This document shows positions 56,322 through 60,948 of a stretch of 60,948 nucleotides of DNA, piece after piece. Below the pieces are notes generated by a model. The model made no database searches. It was not told the DNA's origin and saw only the letters and a program-made list of their open reading frames with translations. The stretch is from an uncultured Loktanella sp. (GTDB lineage: Bacteria; Pseudomonadota; Alphaproteobacteria; Rhodobacterales; Rhodobacteraceae). Within the stretch, counting starts at the first letter, position 1; every line of letters begins with the position of its first letter. Location of the stretch: positions 1 to 60,948 of the forward strand of contig CAYZKE010000001.1 of NCBI GenBank assembly GCA_964478505.1, given 5' to 3'. The position numbers and the translations under genes were made by a program.

Positions 56322-58334
56322 ATGACACCAGAGATCGGTCACTTCGCACTGGCGCTCGCGCTTGCCATGGCGATTGTTCAAAGTGTACTGCCTATTCTAG
56401 GTGCCGCCCGCGGCAATATTCTATGGATGCAATCCGCAAAGTGGTCATCGCTAGGACAGGTCTTTTTTGCATCCATCGCGTTCTTTGCTCTGCTGCAGGC
56501 TTTCGTCTTGAGCGACTTTACGGTCAAAAACGTCGTTGAAAACTCGCATTCGCTCAAACCCATGTTGTTCAAAATTGCTGGAACGTGGGGCAGTCACGAA
56601 GGTTCGCTGTTGCTGTGGGTGCTGATCTTGACAGTATTTGGTGCCGCTGTTTCTGTTTTCGGCTCTAACATCCCAGATAGTCTAAAGGCCCGGACCCTGT
56701 CGGTGCAAGCATGGATCAGCGTTGGTTTCATCACCTTCATGTTGTTCACATCAAACCCGTTTGACCGTGTCTTCCCGCCGCCGATAGACGGGCAGGACCT
56801 TAACCCATTGCTTCAAGACGTCGGTTTGGCGATGCATCCGCCCCTGCTTTATTTTGGGTATGTCGGCTTCTCCATTGTGTTTTCCTTCGCCGTTGCGGCC
56901 TTGATCGAAGGCCGGGTAGATGCAGCATGGGCAAGATGGGTCCGCCCTTGGACGCTCGCGGCTTGGCTCAGCCTCACCGCAGGTATCGCGCTTGGGTCTT
57001 GGTGGGCCTACTACGAACTAGGTTGGGGTGGATGGTGGTTCTGGGACCCGGTTGAAAACGTCAGCTTCATGCCTTGGTTGATGGGGTCGGCGCTTTTGCA
57101 TTCTGCCATCGTCACAGAAAAGCGGGACGCCTTCAAAAGCTGGACAATCCTGCTGGCGATCCTGACATTTTCGCTCTCGCTACTTGGTACGTTTATTGTC
57201 CGGTCAGGTCTGCTAACTTCTGTTCATGCTTTTGCAGTCGATCCTGAACGTGGCTTATACATTCTGGGTCTTCTGGCGGTGTCGATCGGTGGCTCTTTAG
57301 CACTTTTTGCGTGGCGTGCACCCGTCATGGAGCCAGGAGGCATCTTCAAACCGATCAGCCGAGAGGCAGGTTTGCTCATCAACAACCTGATCCTTGCAAC
57401 AGCGACAGGCATCGTCCTGTTTGGAACACTTTATCCGCTGTTTTATGAAGCGTTGACTGGCGGCCAAAAGCTGTCTGTCGGGCCGCCATTTTTCAATGCA
57501 GCTTTCATACCGATTATGCTGCCGTTGGTTTTCGTCATGGGCATCGGGCCGTTCCTGTCTTGGAAACGTGCAGACCTACCGGGTGTACTTCAAAGGCTGC
57601 GGGTTGTCGCGGTTTTGACCGTTCTGGCGACACTCGCGGTCTGGTACATCTTTCGCGGTGGTCCAGTGCTTGGCTATTTATCCATCCTTCTCGCCATTTG
57701 GCTTTTCATGGCGACCCTCAAAGAGTGGACTGTGCGGATAAAACTGTTTGATGTACCGTTTGCTGAATCACGCAGGCGTGCGGCTAATCTTCCCAGATCC
57801 GTCTATGGCATGACCCTCGCACATGCCGGTCTAGCCGTCGCTATGTTTGGTTTCATCGGCTCAAGCGTCTGGAAAACCGAGGAGATTGTCTTTGTTCAGC
57901 CAGGCAGCCAGATCGAGATTGCAGGATTTGATGTCACCTTCGACGGCCTTGAACGAGTTCGTGGACCAAACTATGTTGCCGATCGCGGCAAGCTAACCGT
58001 CATGCAAGACGGGCAATTTGTGACTGAGCTTTTTCCTGAAAGCCGCTACTACCCAGTGGCGGAGAGCAACACGACTGAAAGCGCTATTCGCTCGACGATG
58101 GCTGGTGACCTTTACGCTTCTATCGCCAGACCAGCATCAGAAGAAGCCGGGGCAGGGGGCGCGTTGACACTGCGCATTCTTTACGAGCCTTTGGTCAATT
58201 TCATCTGGATTGGATCAGCCATGCTTGTTTTGGGCGGTGGGCTATCTCTCTCGGACCGGCGGTTGCGCGTTGGTGCGCCGCGTCGTGGTTCAGTCAAAAA
58301 GATATCAAATTCGGCAAAGATTCCGGCGGAATAA
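56322..58334 (+). CDS. ccmF: Cytochrome c heme lyase
   Basis: WGSHEGS, HPPLLY, WAYYELGWGGWWFWDPVEN, SVHAFA. Confidence 0.97.
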   Translation: MTPEIGHFALALALAMAIVQSVLPILGAARGNILWMQSAKWSSLGQVFFASIAFFALLQAFVLSDFTVKNVVENSHSLKPMLFKIAGTWGSHEGSLLLWVLILTVFGAAVSVFGSNIPDSLKARTLSVQAWISVGFITFMLFTSNPFDRVFPPPIDGQDLNPLLQDVGLAMHPPLLYFGYVGFSIVFSFAVAALIEGRVDAAWARWVRPWTLAAWLSLTAGIALGSWWAYYELGWGGWWFWDPVENVSFMPWLMGSALLHSAIVTEKRDAFKSWTILLAILTFSLSLLGTFIVRSGLLTSVHAFAVDPERGLYILGLLAVSIGGSLALFAWRAPVMEPGGIFKPISREAGLLINNLILATATGIVLFGTLYPLFYEALTGGQKLSVGPPFFNAAFIPIMLPLVFVMGIGPFLSWKRADLPGVLQRLRVVAVLTVLATLAVWYIFRGGPVLGYLSILLAIWLFMATLKEWTVRIKLFDVPFAESRRRAANLPRSVYGMTLAHAGLAVAMFGFIGSSVWKTEEIVFVQPGSQIEIAGFDVTFDGLERVRGPNYVADRGKLTVMQDGQFVTELFPESRYYPVAESNTTESAIRSTMAGDLYASIARPASEEAGAGGALTLRILYEPLVNFIWIGSAMLVLGGGLSLSDRRLRVGAPRRGSVKKISNSAKIPAE

Positions 58335-58336
58335 AG

Positions 58337-58903
58337 ATGACACGTGCTCTTGCTCTTATTCCGCTGCTGATCGCGGTTGTCTTTGGCGGTTTCTTCTTGT
58401 GGGGTCTCAATCCAGACCGGGATCCGAATGATATCCCCTCGGTCTTGATTTCCCAACAGGCGCCAGAGTTCACGCTCATGGACGTCGAGGGATTAGCGAC
58501 ACCAAGCTTTGCGCGGACCGATCTTGTTGGCAATCAGGGCCCCGTGATCGTGAATGTCTTTGCCTCTTGGTGTGTGCCATGCCGTGCCGAACATGCGGTC
58601 CTGACCCAGCTTGTCGAAAGCGAGGGACAGCGTCTTTTCGGGATCAATTACAAAGACAAGCCCGAGGATGCAACGCGCTGGCTGGCCGAACTCGGCAACC
58701 CTTACGAAAAGATCGGGGCTGACAGCACAGGCAGAGCCGGGATCGAGTGGGGCATTTCCGGTGTCCCTGAGACATTTATCGTCGGAACGGATGGCACCGT
58801 TCTCTACCGATATGTTGGTCCTGTGGTCGGTGATGATGCCGTCGGAAAGTTTAGAGAAGCACTGGTTCAAGCCGGTGCCTTGGAAAGAAGGGTAGGTGGA
58901 TGA
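58337..58903 (+). CDS. ccmG: Thiol:disulfide interchange protein CcmG/DsbE
   Basis: FASWCVPCRAEH, INYKD, GVPETF. Confidence 0.95.
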   Translation: MTRALALIPLLIAVVFGGFFLWGLNPDRDPNDIPSVLISQQAPEFTLMDVEGLATPSFARTDLVGNQGPVIVNVFASWCVPCRAEHAVLTQLVESEGQRLFGINYKDKPEDATRWLAELGNPYEKIGADSTGRAGIEWGISGVPETFIVGTDGTVLYRYVGPVVGDDAVGKFREALVQAGALERRVGG

Positions 58904-59370
58904 GACACCTTGCTGTTGTGTTGTTTCTGGTCTTGCCCGCAACCCTTTTTGCGGTCGAGCCGGATGAGATATTGCAAGATCCAGTGCTAGAGCAACGCGC
59001 GCGGGAGATATCGAAAGAACTGCGCTGCGTCGTCTGCCAGAACCAGGACATTGATAGCTCAAACGCCGGTGTCGCCCGTGACCTGCGCATCCTAGTCAGA
59101 GAGCGTCTGATTGCGGGAGATAGTGATGTCGAAGTAGTCGACTACGTCCATGCGCGATATGGTGACTATGTTTTGATGCGCCCTCCGTTCAATGTCTCAA
59201 CGGCAGCACTGTGGCTCGCACCCTTCATACTTGCTTTGGCCTCTCTTCTGATTGGATGGGTGGTGCTGTCAGCCAGCCGAAGACGGAAGACGGTGACAGG
59301 CCTGTCTGCTGCTGAAGAAGCAGAAGTAGCGCAGTTCATCGAGCAGAACAAAGTGAGTGAAAAAACATGA
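58900..59370 (+). CDS. ccmH: Cytochrome c biogenesis protein
   Basis: LRCVVCQNQDIDSSNA, RYGDYVL. Confidence 0.95.
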   Translation: MRHLAVVLFLVLPATLFAVEPDEILQDPVLEQRAREISKELRCVVCQNQDIDSSNAGVARDLRILVRERLIAGDSDVEVVDYVHARYGDYVLMRPPFNVSTAALWLAPFILALASLLIGWVVLSASRRRKTVTGLSAAEEAEVAQFIEQNKVSEKT

Positions 59371-60518
59371 TCTGGCTGTTCTTCCTACTTCTTTCCCTGT
59401 TCGCGCTGACGCTGATGGCGATGCCACTGCGCGGGAGGTTTCAAATCGCCGCCATTCCCGAAGATACCACACCAGCGGTGCTTTTGGATCAGTTGGAAGA
59501 GGTGAAGCGCGATCTGGATCGCGGTGTTATCTCAGAAGCGGAGGCAAAAGCTGCCGAGCAAGAGATCAAGCGGCGCATTTTGATGCAGTCACGCAAGGCG
59601 GAAACACGCAGAATTGCGACGAACACCGGCGGCCGCATCGTTTTGATCCTTGGCGCTGTCTTCGTGCCATTGTTTGCGGGAGGCTATTACATGACGATGG
59701 GATCACCCGAGATCGATAGCCTAGCCTTTGCTGACCGTACCGCCGAACGGGAAGAGGCCGCCCAAATCGCCGATTTATCGTCCCAGCTCTACGAGAGGCT
59801 TGTGAGTGATCCAGATGGTGGGCCAAGCGAAGGTTGGATGCTTTTGGGGCAAACCTACACTCGCATGGGCCGGTTTGAAGATGCGGCTGAAGCGTTCAAG
59901 GTTGTTTCTGAGCGCCCTGAAGCGGACTCAGCCGTTTTTTCCATGTTGGCGGAGGCACTGATCTACGCAGAGCAAGGCGTGGTCACACCACCAGCCGAAG
60001 CTGCAATTGATCGCGCAATAGCAATGAACCCTGGCAACCCGGCTAGCGTCTATTACAAGGCTGTCGCACTGTCGCAAAAGGGCGAGTCATTGCGCGGCTA
60101 TGACCTGCTGATAGAACGCCTGGATGCGGCGGATGGCTTTTATCCTTGGATGGAAAGCCTTGTGGCAGAGGCAAACCGCATAGGTGACGGGATTGGGAAG
60201 ACACCACTTTCATTGGCAGACTTTGCGCCAACGGTGAATGCACCGGGCCCCACAGCGGATGACATTGCGAACGCGCAAGACATGTCAGATGATGACAGGC
60301 AGGCGTTTATTCTTTCGATGGTTGCGCGTTTGGCTGACCGCCTTGAAAACGAGCCTGATGATCTTGATGGATGGATGCGTTTGGGGAATGCCTATTCTGT
60401 TCTTGGAGAGGCAGAGGCTGCAATTACGGCGTATGAACGGGCACAAGAGCTTGCGGCTGACCTAGGGCCACCTATATTGCAGGAAATTGCAGATGCGCTC
60501 AAGCGATTGAGGCAGTGA
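59367..60518 (+). CDS. ccmI: Cytochrome c biogenesis TPR protein
   Basis: DQLEEVKRDLDRGVI, GWMLLG TPRs, MVARLADRL. Confidence 0.92.
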   Translation: MIWLFFLLLSLFALTLMAMPLRGRFQIAAIPEDTTPAVLLDQLEEVKRDLDRGVISEAEAKAAEQEIKRRILMQSRKAETRRIATNTGGRIVLILGAVFVPLFAGGYYMTMGSPEIDSLAFADRTAEREEAAQIADLSSQLYERLVSDPDGGPSEGWMLLGQTYTRMGRFEDAAEAFKVVSERPEADSAVFSMLAEALIYAEQGVVTPPAEAAIDRAIAMNPGNPASVYYKAVALSQKGESLRGYDLLIERLDAADGFYPWMESLVAEANRIGDGIGKTPLSLADFAPTVNAPGPTADDIANAQDMSDDDRQAFILSMVARLADRLENEPDDLDGWMRLGNAYSVLGEAEAAITAYERAQELAADLGPPILQEIADALKRLRQ

Positions 60519-60680
60519 CCGTTGTTAAATCGTAAGCAGGGATTAATTAACGACACCTCCCAGCAACTAGAAAATCTGTGCAACTATTTAACATAAACTT
60601 CATTATGCGACTTTATACTTAGCGTTGCGATAGTATATTATTGTATGTATGCTGAACTCCTATCACGGAGGCTCCACAGC

Positions 60681-60948
60681 ATGCGCCATTTACTCAAGAA
60701 GCTCCTCCCCTCGGTCGCAGTCGCTTTGACCGTGACAGGTTCTTCGCTGCCAATACCCGCCCGCGCGCAGACATACCCGATCGATTGCGCGATCCTCTTG
60801 TGCCTGTCTGGCGGCTGGCCTGCTTCCGTCCCTTGCGCCCGAGCCCGCGCCGAATTCATCCGGCGGATTACGCCTTGGCCGGTGGAACCCCCACTGCAAA
60901 TCTGGCGCTGTCCCATGGGCGCGTCCTATGAGAGCGATCGGCAATCAA
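60681..60948 (+). CDS. Partial secreted Cys-rich protein, TrbM/KikA-like mobile-element gene (not in ORF track)
   Basis: RBS ggag; MRHLLKK...ARAQTYPIDCAILLCLSGGWPASVPC...WRCPM; open to window end. Confidence 0.6.
   Translation, partial: MRHLLKKLLPSVAVALTVTGSSLPIPARAQTYPIDCAILLCLSGGWPASVPCARARAEFIRRITPWPVEPPLQIWRCPMGASYESDRQS

Overview
A ~61 kb heavy-metal fitness island of alphaproteobacterial (Rhodobacteraceae/roseobacter-like) character, probably on a mobile element. It has a Tn5393-like Tn3 inverted repeat, a possible resolvase start at the left edge and a TrbM/KikA-like ORF at the right edge. It carries classical Cu and Zn/Cd/Pb genes: 2 CopA, ZntA, CopZ, CueR, a CadR/ZntR-type MerR, a CDF, a ZIP, 3 multicopper oxidases, SCO/PCuAC and an OmpR-type two-component system. 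It also carries a large set of envelope-biogenesis paralogues: 5 L,D-transpeptidase-family genes, orphan PBP2, Lgt, LspA, an M23 protein, DsbA/B/D, CcmFGHI and orphan Rieske PetA. By eye, the intergenic DNA shows three motif families: 8 CueR-like 19-bp-spacer promoters, 5 CadR/ZntR-like promoters and about 9 eleven-bp direct-repeat boxes. These place the peptidoglycan, lipoprotein and respiratory genes under apparent metal-sensor control. The best candidate for an undescribed system is this metal-inducible envelope rebuilding programme, including a duplicated convergent L,D-transpeptidase/small-lipoprotein module. No rRNA, tRNA or CRISPR was seen. All calls come from motif recognition, without database searches.
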